Assembly (NCBI RefSeq): GCF_963921235.1
Contig: NC_086108.1
Span: 42,906,001-42,970,000, forward strand
Origin: Mobula hypostoma
Lineage: Eukaryota
DNA length: 64,000 bases
Direction: 5' to 3'
The notes under the pieces are model-generated. The model ran no database searches, was not told where the DNA came from, and worked only from the letters and a program-made list of their open reading frames with translations. Position numbers and translations under genes: made by a program. This document shows positions 1 to 12,760 of this stretch, piece by piece (position 1 is the stretch's first letter; each line of letters starts with the position of its first letter).

Positions 1-790
1 ATGGAGTTCAAACCAGATAAGTGTGAGGTGGTTTATTTTGGTAAGTCAAATATGATGATAGAATATAGTATTGATGGTAACACTCCTGGCAGTGTCGAGG
101 ATCAGAGGGATCTTGGGGTCCGAGTCATAGGACACTCAAAACTGCTGCGCAGGTTGACTGTGTGGTTAAGAAAGCATATGGTGCATTGGCCTTCATCAAT
201 TGTGGGACTGAGTTTAGGAGCCAAGAGGTAATGGTGCAGCTATATAGGACCCTGGTCAGACCCCACTTGGAGTACTGTGCTCAGTTCTGGTTGCCTCATT
301 ATACGAAGGATGTGGAAACCATAGAAAGGGTGCAGAGGAGATTTATAAGGATGTTGCCTGGATTGGGGAGCATGCCTTATGAGAATAGGTTGAGTGAACT
401 CAGCCTTTTTTCCTTGGAGTGACAGAGAACAAGAGGTGACCTGACAGAGGTATATAAGATGATGAGAGGCATTGATTGTGTGGATAGTCAGAGGCTTTTT
501 CCCAGGGCTGAAATGGCTAGCATGAGAGGGCACAGTTTTAAGGTGCTTGGAAGTAGGTACAGAGGAGATGTCAGGGGCAAGTTTTTTTACATACAGAGTG
601 GTGAGTGTGTGGAATGGGCTGCCGGCGATGGTGGTGGAGGCAGATACGATAGGGTCTTTTAAGAGACTCCTGGACAGGTACATGGAGCTCAGAAAAATAG
701 AGGGTTATGGGTAAGCCTAGGTAATTTCTAAGGTAAGGACATGTTCGGCACAGCTTTGTGCTGTAAGTTTTCTATGTTTCTATGTTTCTA
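1..790 (+). mobile_element. CR1-type LINE 3' end, decayed
   Basis: ORF2 C-terminal motifs (LYRTLVRPHLEYCAQFW, RGHSFK) and a (TATGTTTC)n-type tail at ~770-790. Confidence 0.9.
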
Positions 791-1329
791 ATCATTTGGT
801 CTGATGTTTAAACTTGTCAGCAAGCTTTGTGTTTTCTGCTGCATTTGATCATCTAAAACCCTGTTACCCTTCTATAGCTGCTTGAAGATTTTGATTTTTT
901 GGGAGGTATTCCATTTCATATCTAGCCATTATTCCATGAAAGTGCAATTAGTGGCTTCCCAATTATACTTAGACTTACTAAAATGAATGTTGCTTAGAGA
1001 AAGGTACTGCATCCGTAACTAAATCAACAGTTACTATGAGACGTGTGGTAGTTCCTCTGTATCGAGAAATTATATTTATTTCTCATTTTCATAGACATAC
1101 TGTATAGAAACAAGCACTTCAAAAGCAAAAGACCAAATACATTATAAATTGCATGTAAAATGTAGAGGGAAGGTGGAAGGGAAATTAAATGAGTAAGAAT
1201 GGCTTATATAAAATCTGAAAGACAATCTAAAAGGAAACGTAGGAATGAGAGTTAGTATATCATTAACAATAGTCGGTGGACTAAAATCAGCACGAGGTTT
1301 GCAAAGCACTGAAGTGTTTTTGGCTCTTT

Positions 1330-4140
1330 TCAGCAGGCTGCAATCAGCGTGTGGCCAATAAAAAAATGGATACGCAAGCGGAGTGGCGTTTGTGTGAGTG
1401 GGCCAGTGTTAGACTGGTCAGGCTTTGGCTCAACGGGTTTGGGTGAGCACAGGCATAGGTGCTAAGTAAGTTGCTAGTATTTTTTTTTCTTTGTCAGTAC
1501 AGAGCTAGTGCACTGAGAATGGCTCTGGAGGTAGCGGTTTGTTCTTTGTGTGAGATGTGAGAACACTGGAAGACCTCCAGTCTCCCTGATAGCTTCATCG
1601 ACACAAAGTGCACCATGCTGCAGTTCCTTAGAGAATAATTTAAGGAAATGGGGTTGCAGCTGGATGTCCTTTGACTCATATGGAAAAATGAGGAGGTGAT
1701 AGATAGGAGCTACAGGGAGGTAGTCACCTCTAAGTTGCAGGAGGCAGGTATCTGGGTGACTGACAGGAGAGGGAAAGTGAATAGGCTGCCAGTGCAGACT
1801 ACCCCCATGGCCGTTCCCCTCAATAATAAGTAAACTGGTTTAGATACTCTTGGGGGCAACGACCTAGCGGGGGATGCCGCTGCAACCAGGTCTCCGGCAC
1901 TGATTCTGATGCTGTGGCTCAGAAGGGAAGGAGTTAAGATAAGAAGAGTGCAGTAATGATAGGGGATTCCGTAATTAGAGGAGCAGAAAGCAGATTCAGT
2001 GCATGAAAGGGACACCCAGATATGGATGTTGCCTCCCAGGTATCAGGGTCAGAGATGTCTCGGAATGGGTCCATGGAGGGTGAAAAGCCAGAAGTCATGA
2101 TACATATTGGCACCAATGACATAGGTAGAAAAAGGGAGGAGCACCTGAGTGAGAATACAGGGAGTTAGGCAGAAAGCTGAAAAGCAGGACCTTCAGGGTA
2201 GTAATTGCTGGATTGCTGCCTGTGTCACGTGCCACTGAGGGTAAGAATAGGATGATTTGGCAGATGAACACATGGCTGAGGAATTGGTGCAGGGGGCGGG
2301 TTTCAGATTTCTGGTTCATTGGAATCTCTTCTGGGGAAGGTATGACCTGTACAAAAGGAGTGGATTACACCTAAATCTGAGGGGGACCAAAATCCTTGTG
2401 GGCAGGTTTGCTAGAGCTGTTGGGGAGGGTTTAAACTAATTTGGCAGAGGGATGGGAACTGGACTGATAGGACTGAGGATGGAACAGTTGGTATACAACT
2501 AGATGCAGTGTGTAGTGAGAGTGTGAGGAAGGACATGCAGTTGGTGGGATGAGTTAAAGTGTAACGGGGGGCCAAAATTAAAAAGGGTTATTGATACAGG
2601 ACTGAAGGTGTTATACTTGAATACATGCAGTGTACAGAATAAGGTAAACGACCTTGTAGCACAGCTAGAGAGTCAGGGCAGAATTGAGTGTCATTGCTAT
2701 TACTAAGGAGAAGGTGTTTGGGAAGCTGAAAGGTCTGAAGGTAGAAAAGTCATCTGAACTAGATGGGCTACACACCAGGTAGCTGATGAGATTGTGAAGG
2801 CATCAGTAATAATCTTTTAGGAATCACTAGATTCAGCAATGGTTCCTGAAGACAGGAAAATTGCAAATATCACTCCACTATTTAAGCAGGGAGGGAAGCA
2901 GAAGGAAGGAAATTATAGGCCAGTTACTTCAGTGGTTGGAAAGATATTGGAGTCTATAATTAAGGATGAGGTTTCAGGGTACCTGGGAGGCACATGATAA
3001 AATAGGCCAAAGTCAGCATGGTTTTCTAAAAGTGAAATCTTGCCTGACAGTTCTGTTGGAACCCTTTGTGGAAATAACAGGTAGGGTAGGCAAAGGAGAG
3101 TCAGTGGATATTGTTTATTTAGATTTTCAGAAGGCCTTTGACAAGGTGCTGCACATAAGGCTGCTTAACAAATTAAGAGCCCATGGTATTACAGGAAATG
3201 TACTAGTATGGACAGAAAATTGGCTGACTGGTAGGAGGCAAAGTGTGGGAATAAAGGGGCCCTTTTCTGGTTGGCTACTGGTGATTAGTGGTCTTCCACA
3301 GGGGTCAGTTATTGGACCACTTTGTTTCACATTATACAGTATGTGAATGGTTTGGATGATGGAATTAATGGCTTTGTGGACAATACAAAGATAGGTGGAG
3401 GGGCAGGTAGTGTTGAGCTTGCAGAAAGGCTTGGACGGATTAGGAGAATGGACAAAAAAGTGGCAGCTGGATTATAATGTAGGGAAGCGTATGGTCATGC
3501 GTGTTGGTAGAAGGAATAAAGGTGTAGACTATTTTCTAAACGAGCAAAAAAAAAAATCAGAGGTACAAGGGGACTTAGAGTCCTCATGCAGGATTCCCTA
3601 AAGATTAACTTGCAGGTTGAGCTGGTGGTAAGGAAGGCAAATGTAATGTTAGCATTCATTTCAAGAGGAAGAGTATATAAAAGCAAGGAAATAATGCTGA
3701 GGCTTCATAAGGCATTGGTCAGACTGCACTTGGAGTATTGTGAGCTGTATTGGACCCCTTATCTGACACTGAAGAGGGCCCAGAGGAGGTTCACGAGAAC
3801 GATCCCAGGAATGAAAGGGTTAACACGAGGAGTGTTTGATGGCTCTGGGCCCGTACTGACTGGAGCTTAGAAGAATTAGGTGGGGGGAATCTCATTGAAA
3901 CCTATCGAATATTGAAAGGCCTAGCTAGAGTGGATTTGGAGAGGATATTTCCTATAGTGGAATTCTCTCAGAATTGAGGGACATCCACTTAGAACAGAAA
4001 CGAGGAAAGATTTCTTTAGTCAGAGGGTAGTGAATCTGTGGAATTCATTGCCACAGACAGCTGTGGAGGCCAGGTCATTGGGTATATTTAAGGTGGAGGT
4101 TGATGTGATTAATCAGAGCATCAAAGGTTATGGGGAAGTG
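1330..4140 (+). mobile_element. CR1-type LINE, decayed; ORF1 esterase remnant and ORF2 lacking most of the endonuclease
   Basis: ORF1 SGNH-like motifs (HIGTNDIG, DLYKRSGLHLN). The ORF2 start (LKVLYLN..SVQNK) jumps at ~2670 to the pre-RT region. RT motifs QHGF..KSCLT, YLDFQKAFDKV, SGLPQGSVIGP. Confidence 0.88.
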
Positions 4141-4868
4141 TCTTGTGGTCTTATGAAACATTATCTCTTCCTCCTTCCACAGATGCTGATTGGCCTGGTA
4201 GGTACCTCTAGAATTTCTATTTTTGATTTAGACTTCCGGTCTCTGGTTCCTTATAGTGGTCTACATTTCACCTTGACATCCTTTGTCATTATTCTTCCAC
4301 TCTCATGGAATCCAGCAAAGTTTCTGATTATGGACAGGATCACCTCCACTTCCCCCAGGGATTCCAGGATTGAGGTACAATGAGTTCACCATTTGAAGGC
4401 ACATCTAATATGGAAGGACAATTTGAGGAAACAAAAGGGAGTCAAAAGAGATGCCACAAGTCACAAAATACGGAGAAATAATTTCAGATGAGAAGCACTG
4501 AGAGAACACCAGGGCAGAGTGGATTGTTATGATAGAGCTGGAGAGATTGTGAAAGCACCAGAAATCAGGAACTAACTGGTGGAAATGGGTGGCAGAAGTC
4601 AAAAGGTCCATGTAGATCAATAGGTATGAGTATGACAATCAAAAAGTAAGAGTGTTGCAGTTATCTTGGACAGAATATTGATCCAAGAAAGGGCACTCCA
4701 ACTATAGGAGGAGATGACATTACAGAAAGTAGTAGGATTTTTCATAAATATTTGAAAAGTTAAGAAGTAGTCAAGAAGTCAATTAGAGTATTTGGGAATT
4801 AAACTAAAAGTTCAGTTATTGAGGATAAAGGTTCCGTAACTTCTTAAATATGAAGTTTAAATATAAGA

Positions 4869-5622
4869 GGTGGCCGATTAGGAAAAGGGGAGGTGCAACG
4901 AGACCTGGGTGTCATTATACACCAGTCATTGAAAGTGGGCATGCAGGTACAGCAGGCGGTGAAAAAGGCGAACGGTATGCTGGCATTTATAGCGAGAGGA
5001 TTCGAGTACAGGAGCAGGGAGGTACTACTGCAGTTGTACAAGGCCTTGGTGAGACCACACCTGGAGTATTGTGTGCAGTTTTGGTCCCCTAATCTGAGGA
5101 AAGACATCTTTGCCATAGAGGGAGTACAAAGAAGGTTCACCAGATTGATTCCTGGGATGGCAGGTCTTTCATATGAAGAAAGACTGGATGAACTGGGCTT
5201 GTACTCGTTGGAATTTAGAAGATTGAGGGGGGATCTGATTGAAACGTATAAGATCCTAAAGGGATTGGACAGGCTAGATGCAGGAAGATTGTTCCCGATG
5301 TTGGGGAGGTCTAGAACGAGGGGTCACAGTTTGAGGATAGAGGGGAAGCCTTTTAGGACCGAGGTTAGGAAAAACTTCTTCACACAGAGAGTGGTGAATC
5401 TGTGGAATTCTCTGCCACAGCAAACTGTTGAGGCCAGTTCATTAGCTATGTTTAAAAGGAAGTTAGATATGGCCCTTGTGGCTACAGGGGTCAGGGGGTA
5501 TGGAGGGAAGGCTGGGTTCTGAGTTGGATGATCAGCCATGATCATAATAAATGGCGGTGCAGGCTCGAAGGGCCGAATGGCCTACTCCTGCACCTATTTT
5601 CTATGTTTCTATGTTTCTATGA
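4869..5622 (+). mobile_element. Young 5'-truncated CR1 LINE
   Basis: Uninterrupted 209-aa ORF2 C-terminus (4893..5522), 3' UTR and (TATGTTTC)n tail; possible TSD ATAAGA at 4863-4868 / 5623-5628. Confidence 0.92.
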
Positions 5623-7429
5623 ATAAGAAACTAAGTTTACAGGCAGAGACACTTCTGGGATCAGGAATTTCAGCGATTTTAAAATATGATGTTGGTGATG
5701 AAAGAAACACTCATTCCTCTTTCTGAGAAGGTGACAGTCGGTAACCAACATAGCACCATAACTGAATGAATAAGGAAAAAAAAATCAGGAAATATTCCCA
5801 ATACAGAGGTTAGAGTTATTTCTGAAGCAGAGAAAAATGCAAAGCAATGTGAAAAAAGCAGGTCAGTGTAATTAGCTGGGATTGTTCAAAGAGCCAGTGA
5901 GGAAATAACATTGTAAACTTCTATTCTTTCATGTTCCTAACTGAAGAAAGGGGAAAAATCTTCAGTAAGTTAGATATTTAATGAAAATGTTTAACAATGC
6001 AGACTTTAATTGTTCCCTGTGTTCATTCTAGGCTATTATTCCTCTTCAAAAGAACAGATGACCATATATTGCATGAAGGAATAAAAAGGATGCACAGTAT
6101 GGTTACAACTGTAGTTTAAAAGGCTGCAACAAATTATTATTAACAGTTGTTACAAGATTGTCAGTATATCTGGTGGTTCAACTGGAACACAAAATGCAGT
6201 CAGCAAAGAAATCTACTAAAAGTAATAAATATTTTAACATGTGAAATTGCCAAAATCTGATCTCACGTTGACATCAAAAATCATATTCCATTTTGTTTAG
6301 TCAGCTACATTAAAATATCTTTCTATCACATTGACTGTTTACCAACTATGTCTAGTAAACAACTAGCCATCTAGAAAATTGTAAAAATGTCTCTGCATGG
6401 GTAGTACTTAATTGTTTTCCCCGGAGTTATAATTATCACATAATACTCCTCAGAAGGGTATGCTAATAGAACTGATGTGTCCTGTAGATGTTAGATTGTC
6501 TATATATGTGATGCTAATATAATGACTTTTTTAAATGTTATGTTTCTATTATGATTATTTACTGTGGCACAACTTCATAATGTAAGAGTAAGTGAATAGA
6601 ATGATTTTATTTCTCGGTGATATACAAAGAGAAAATACAACTTCACTGTAGAAGCCAAGTGCAATTACTTCAATGACAGTCTTCATACTTATAAAAAAAC
6701 CTATATTTTTACTGATTTCCTTGTAATATATTGGTTCTATATTTGATGCATATAAATAAAACAAATCTCAGCACTTTAGTCATTATTTAGTTCAGAGAAT
6801 ACCTTTTCTGATTCTTTATAAATGGTTTAAATAAAATAATTTAAATAGCTTAAATTTTGGTATAAATATTTTCAACCTAACTAATTTATTTACAAGAAAT
6901 TCTTAGTGATATTGAAATTGTTCTGTAAACAATATGATGCACAGTCTTAAAAGAAACATTACTTCTTGCAATATACAGCATGCCTTTCTTTTGCTAAGAA
7001 AATCATGTATTTCTTTAAGGTCACCAGGTCTAACTGCCTCTGTGTTATTGAGCAAATCCTGAAGTCAATCGAAGGTCAGAAGGGACCAAAAGGAAAAACT
7101 AGCTTTCTTTATAAGTGAATGTATCAAATAACGTGCATGCACAAAACCCAAAGAACTTCTTCATGGTTAGTTTGGACTTAATGAACAGCAACAGTACAGC
7201 AGAACTGCTCAAAGTGTTAAGTTCTATTCCTGTTTTTAAGTAACTGCTATTGTCCTCACAATGTGTCAGCAATTTTCTACAACAGTAAAGGAATTCATGT
7301 CCAATGGTAGTTAACACGTTGGCTAGTTTCTTTTAAAATACCTTCAGACTTGCATTCCATTATTATGCATTATAAAGCAAAACCTGAATGAATACTACCC
7401 ATATCAAATATAGACTGCATCACACTAAA

Positions 7430-8410
7430 CAATTTCTCTTTTGGTTCCCCCCACTTTCTCCAAACTCAAGGTGTAGCTACGGGAACCTGCATTGGTCCCA
7501 GCTGTGCTTGCCTTTCTGTTGGCAACGTGGAACAGTCCATGTCCCAAGCCTTCAATGGTAATGATCCCCCAACTCTTTCTGTGCTACACTGATGACTGCA
7601 TTGGTGCTGCTTCATGCACCCATGCTGAGTTTGTCCATTTCCTCAACCTTGCCTCCAACTTCCACCCTGCCCTTAAATGCTCTTTGTCCATTTCTGACAC
7701 CTCTCTCCCCTTTCTTGATTTCTCTGTCTCCATCTCTGGAGACAAACTGTCTACTGATATCTTTTACAAACCTTCTAACCCCACAGTTATATTGACTATA
7801 TCTCTTCCCACTTTGTCCCCTGTAATAATGCCATTCCCTTGAATCAGTTCCTTTGTCTCTGCCATAGCTGTTCCCAGGATGAGACTTTCCTTTCCAGGAC
7901 ATCAGAAATGTCTTCCTTCGAAGAACGGGATTTCTCTTTCTCCACCATTGATGGTGCCCTTACCCGCATCTCCTTCATTTCCCACACATCCATACTTACC
8001 CCTTCTTTCTGCTCCCTTAAGGAGTTCTTGAGGAGCCTCTGCATCATTCTCCACTGATATTTTCAATGGGACCCTACCACCAAACACATTTTTACCTCCT
8101 TCCCTTTCTCCCATGGTCCACTTTCATGTCTTAGCAGTTTTCTTTTTCTCCACCTATCACCTTCCAGCTTCTTACATTATTCCCTCCTACCCTGGCTTCA
8201 CCCTATCAGCTTCTAGCTTATCTTTCTTCCTCCCACCCCACCCTCTTATTCTGGCATCTATCCCCTTCCTTTCCAGTCCTGATGAAGAATCTTGGCCAAA
8301 AATGTTGACAGCTTATTCATTGCCATATATGCTGCCTGAATTGCTCAGTTCCTCCAGTGTTCTGTGTCTGTTGTTCTGGATTTCCAGCACCTGCAGAATC
8401 ACTTGTGTTT
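7430..8410 (+). mobile_element. Penelope-like element fragment
   Basis: PLE RT-like motifs (QGVA.GT..GPS.A, YTDDCIG, LPFLD.SVSI), a pyrimidine-rich tract and a pLTR-type end with a degenerate CTGATGA core at ~8279. Confidence 0.8.
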
Positions 8411-9879
8411 ATATAACATACTTGCTCAGTTCATTGCAAGTTGTCTTGTACAAGCATTCTTATTTTTATTTTAATTGGCAGAATGGCTTTGTAACAGATT
8501 TTACAATCAGTTATAAGGCTATGTTACAAACTTCAGATCACCCATAAAAGTTGAGAGTTGTCAAGGACATGGATTTCATTATTGCCAACACAAATTGTGA
8601 TCAAGTTTCTCTTTTTTTATGAAATTCTGACATTCAGCCATAACATCAAGCCAACAAAATAGCCAATAAACACTGAAGAATTCATACAGACCCCATACCA
8701 GCAAAGTAAACAACATGAAAAAAATTAGAGTATAAACTAAAAGCTGTCAATGTACAAGATTAAGGTTTAAATATATCTTTAATAAAATAAATAAATTGGA
8801 TTTTGAAATATCACTAAAAAGATAATATATACACAAACCTACTTAATGCTGAATATTTAGTAGGTCAGGCTTGCAGTATATCTGAAGAGAAACAGTTAAC
8901 CTTTCAGAACTACAAATGGCACCTGGTCTGCTGCGTTTATCCAGCATTTTATGTCTTAATTCAGATTTCCAGCAACTGCAATTTTAAAATCTTCATAAAA
9001 TTAACTTTCCAGGGTGAAAAGATTGTTAGCAGAAATTATACTTAAGTATAACTTTAAAATTTCAAGACATAACATTGTGAAGATTTTTTTAAAGCAGCAA
9101 GTTTAAGTTTGCACATATCTAAAGTCCTCATTAGTTCCCTTATTTCTAAAAACTTAATGAAAGTTTATAACAGCAAATCCTGTAAAGGAGTACAAAAGTG
9201 CTAACAGTAATTTTCATATTTCTACTTTTAATTGCTTGTTTGCAGAAGGTGCCATCTGATTTCTTTCCTTATGATGATGTTCTACTAGATTCTTGAGTTA
9301 TTTCAAGAAAATGAAAGGGGTGGAAGAATTAGACCTGTTCTCTAGTCTTGTAGAGAGGAGTATAGGGTTTGCATCCAATCCGTGCTTGGGATCGTCATGA
9401 GGAAGCAGGGTTGTTGGTGGTGCAGAGAAGTATTAGAAATGCTTTTGGAAGCAACACCCACCTATTGTTCAACTGCCAACCAATCCCAGCCTGGCTTCCA
9501 GTAACTGATCAGTCTTCCAATCAACACCATGAATGTGCATTGGGTAAACTATTTAAATAGTCATGCTTTGGGATGTACAGTTGAATTTTCAATTTGAGAT
9601 TTGTAGTTGCATGAGTTTACTGAATAAAGGAGCGTTTCGAGTTCCAGCTTTGTCCTATCTCATCAGTAGTTATAGGCGAGTGAACACAAGGATACCACAA
9701 ATTCAGATTATGTCTGTGTATCATAGCAATAAGGATCTGGCCCAAGACCTTCACAGATCAGCAGTAATGCGTCCTTCATGGTGGTAGGCATCATGGGTTT
9801 CAGAGAGTAGTACATAATTACATCGCATTTTATATTTTGTAGATGGTACCAATAGCAGCTAGGGTGTGCTGGTGATGAA

Positions 9880-10440
9880 AAAAGATGTTTAAGATGTTGA
9901 GGCTTTTTAAGGCATTGGTCAGACTGCATTTGGAATATTAAGCAATTTTGAGAATGAAAGGGTTAACATATGCACAACATTTGATGGTTCCATGACCTCT
10001 TAGTTAATGGTAATGATCCATGTCATAAAAAGACTTGGTACCTCTGCACTAGAGGGATAAGGAGGTTTCTTATTGAAACCTATTGAATATTGAAAGGCCT
10101 AGATAAGACTGCACATGGAGGGGGTTGTTTCCTATAGTGGGGGATCCTAGGACCAGAGGGCACAGCCTCAGACTAGAAAGGCATGCCTTTAGAACAGAAA
10201 TGAGAAATTCCTTTAGCCAGAGGGTAGTGCATCTGTGGAATTCATTGCCAGACAGCTGGGTAGGCCAAGTCACTGGGTAAATTTAAAGCAGTGGTTGATG
10301 GGCTCTTGATTAGAAAGGGCGTCAAAGGTTATGGGGAGAAGGTAAGACAATGGGATTGAGATGGATAATAGATCAGCTGTGATGGAATGGTGGAGCAGCT
10401 TGATGGGCCAAATGGCCTAATTCTGCTCCTGTCTTATGAC
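9880..10440 (+). mobile_element. CR1 LINE 3' fragment
   Basis: Similar to the ORF2 C-terminus and 3' UTR of the other CR1 copies (..ctgtggaattcattgccagacag.., aaatggcctaattctgctcct). Confidence 0.8.
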
Positions 10441-11413
10441 AAGTGCAAGTGGAAGTTGCCTTGGGAGGTGGCATATTCCTTGACTGTAGTTGAAATCACA
10501 CACATATCCAAGTAAGCATTCCATCACACTACACGTCTGCTAATTTTTCTACTAGTACAGTATCAACTTCTGTGCTAGATACATCCCACAGAACTTCAAG
10601 TAGCATAATCTATCTCTGCCATGCTTGGTCTCACTCTATCAGAGGTATTCCTTAACTCTTCCCATTCCTCCAAGCTTCTCTAAAATGAAAACTCTCCCTA
10701 CCCCCAGTTCCAACAAAGGGTCTCAGACTTAAAATGTTAAATTCGTACCATATTCCACAGATGCTGCTTGATCTTCTGTCTCCTGCATTTAAAAAAAAAT
10801 TCTAATGCATTACAGAGCACATCACTGGAACTGTAAAGCGTTGTGTTAACCACTACGCTATTTGTGCCTCCTCCCTTCTCTTTCTTCCATTGTGTATTGT
10901 GATCGGCAACGTTTCAGCCCTGGATTTTTGAGTTTTTTTGAGAAAGGTTTATGACCATTTTAAAATGATGGATTTCTCTCCAAAGACACAGAAAAGAAGG
11001 CAGGCTTGAGATGACAGTATCGAGGAATGTGGTGGTTGAAAAGAACATGTCTAAAGTGCATTATACTTTGTGAACATTATTAAATATTTATTCCAACTCT
11101 ATGTTCTCTCTTGCGTGTTTTTTTAAAAAACTTTCAAAACATGCAATGCAGCTTGAGAATTTTTTGGTGGGGGGGGGAAGAAATCTGGGATAAAAATCCT
11201 TTCATTTGGACTGCCAATCCCTGCTCTAGTCCATTTTAACATTGCACCTTTTAAATATTCTTTTTAATGGAACTGCAGATGAAGAACTCAAGTGAGCTCA
11301 CATACTTTTGTAAATGAGTGATTCATTCCAGTTTAAATGACACAAGAAGTCACATACTTGTTACCTTTTACTGCAGCTTTCAGTTAAGGAGTTAAAAACA
11401 AGTAATCTTGGGA

Positions 11414-11526
11414 CTCACTGTTCCTTCAGTTAGTCCTGACGAAGGGTCTCGGCCTGAAACGTCAACTGCACCTCTTCCTACAGATGCTGCTTGGCTTGCT
11501 GCGTTCACCAGCAACTTTGATGTGTG
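11414..11526 (+). mobile_element. Short Penelope pLTR insertion carrying a hammerhead motif
   Basis: Flanked by the 10-bp direct repeat AATCTTGGGA (11404-11413, 11527-11536); near-identical to 36262-36360. Confidence 0.85.
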
Positions 11527-11724
11527 AATCTTGGGAGAGGTCCAGTTTGTAGACTTATCTAGGAAGCCCATGATTTCAGTTCAGATGCTTAAAAGTAGCC
11601 CCTAAAGCAATGTGACCTTTGTATCATAGATAAATTCAATCTACCATTGTTTTAAAGTATGATGTTGGTGCAAGTCTGGTAGCTGACTGAGGAACATTTT
11701 TTTCCTGATAATTTTCTACATATC

Positions 11725-12140
11725 AATCAGAATCGTATTTGATATCATCAGCATATGTCATGAAATGTCAACTTTACAGCAATGAAATATATGAGAAATA
11801 AATAGAGAATAATCTGAGTTACATAAGTACATACATCTGTTAAATTAAATAGTGCAAAATAACAAATAGTGATGTAGTATTCATGGGTTCAACAATCATT
11901 TGGAAATCAGACGGGAGAGGGGAAGAAGCTGTTTCTGAATCACTGAGTCTGTGCCTTCAGACTTCTATACCTCCTTCCCGACAGTAACCAGTGTGAAGAG
12001 GGCATGTCCTGGGTGGTGGGGGTCCTTAATGATGGATACCACCTGCTTAAGGCACCGCTCCTTGAAGGTATCTGGATACTAGAGGCTGGTACCCATGATA
12101 GAGCTGACTAACTTTACAAGTTTCTGCAACTTATTTCAAC
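11725..12140 (-). mobile_element. Rex1/Babar-like LINE 3' fragment
   Basis: AATCAGAATC tail, plus gaagaagctgtt..cctccttcccga resembling the C-terminus of the RT element at 49566-49700. Confidence 0.6.
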
Positions 12141-12504
12141 CTTTCAGACCTATACTATTCACATAGTTATTTCTTTACTGTTCTGCACAACTATAAAAAG
12201 GAAATTACAGATTGCATATAGTGTCAATACATTAAGGATGTCAGGACAAATCCTGCAGACAGTATGGCATCCTGGATGCCAGTGTAATCCAGGTCAAACA
12301 CACATGTAGAAAGTGTGGAGGATGTCTAAGTGGGCAAAGTACTTTGTACCAGGAGACAGTCACTCTTCATGGGAAATAGCCTCCATTAGTGTCACGAACC
12401 CAAGCATAATGTCACATATGTCTGGGCAGCCTCTAAACTGACAGCATGAACATGAAGCAAAGGGTAATTTCCCTCCCCCCACTTTTTTTCTCCATTCCCC
12501 ATTA

Positions 12505-12760
12505 TTTATTTACTTGAGATAAACAACATGGAACAGGCCCTTTCCACATTTTGATCCACACTGCTCAGTAATCGCTGATTTAACCTTTGCCCAATTATGG
12601 AACAATTTACAATGACCAATTAACTTACAAACTGGTTTGTCTTTGGATTATGGGAGGAAAGCAGAGCATATGTAAGAAAACCAGGTGGTCACAGGGAGTA
12701 CTTAAACCCCTTACGGAGTGCATCACTGGAACTGTAAACTGTTGTGCTAACCACTATCAT
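12505..12760 (-). mobile_element. HE1/V-SINE-like SINE, decayed
   Basis: tttatttac tail, tttgga..tgggagga..agagca core and ctaaccactat head typical of chondrichthyan SINEs; recognised by pattern only. Confidence 0.5.

Noticed and set aside
7000..7345. Possible exon of a downstream gene (e.g. FNDC7 or STXBP3)
   Set aside because: Translations on both strands resemble nothing I recognise, and the splice signals are weak.
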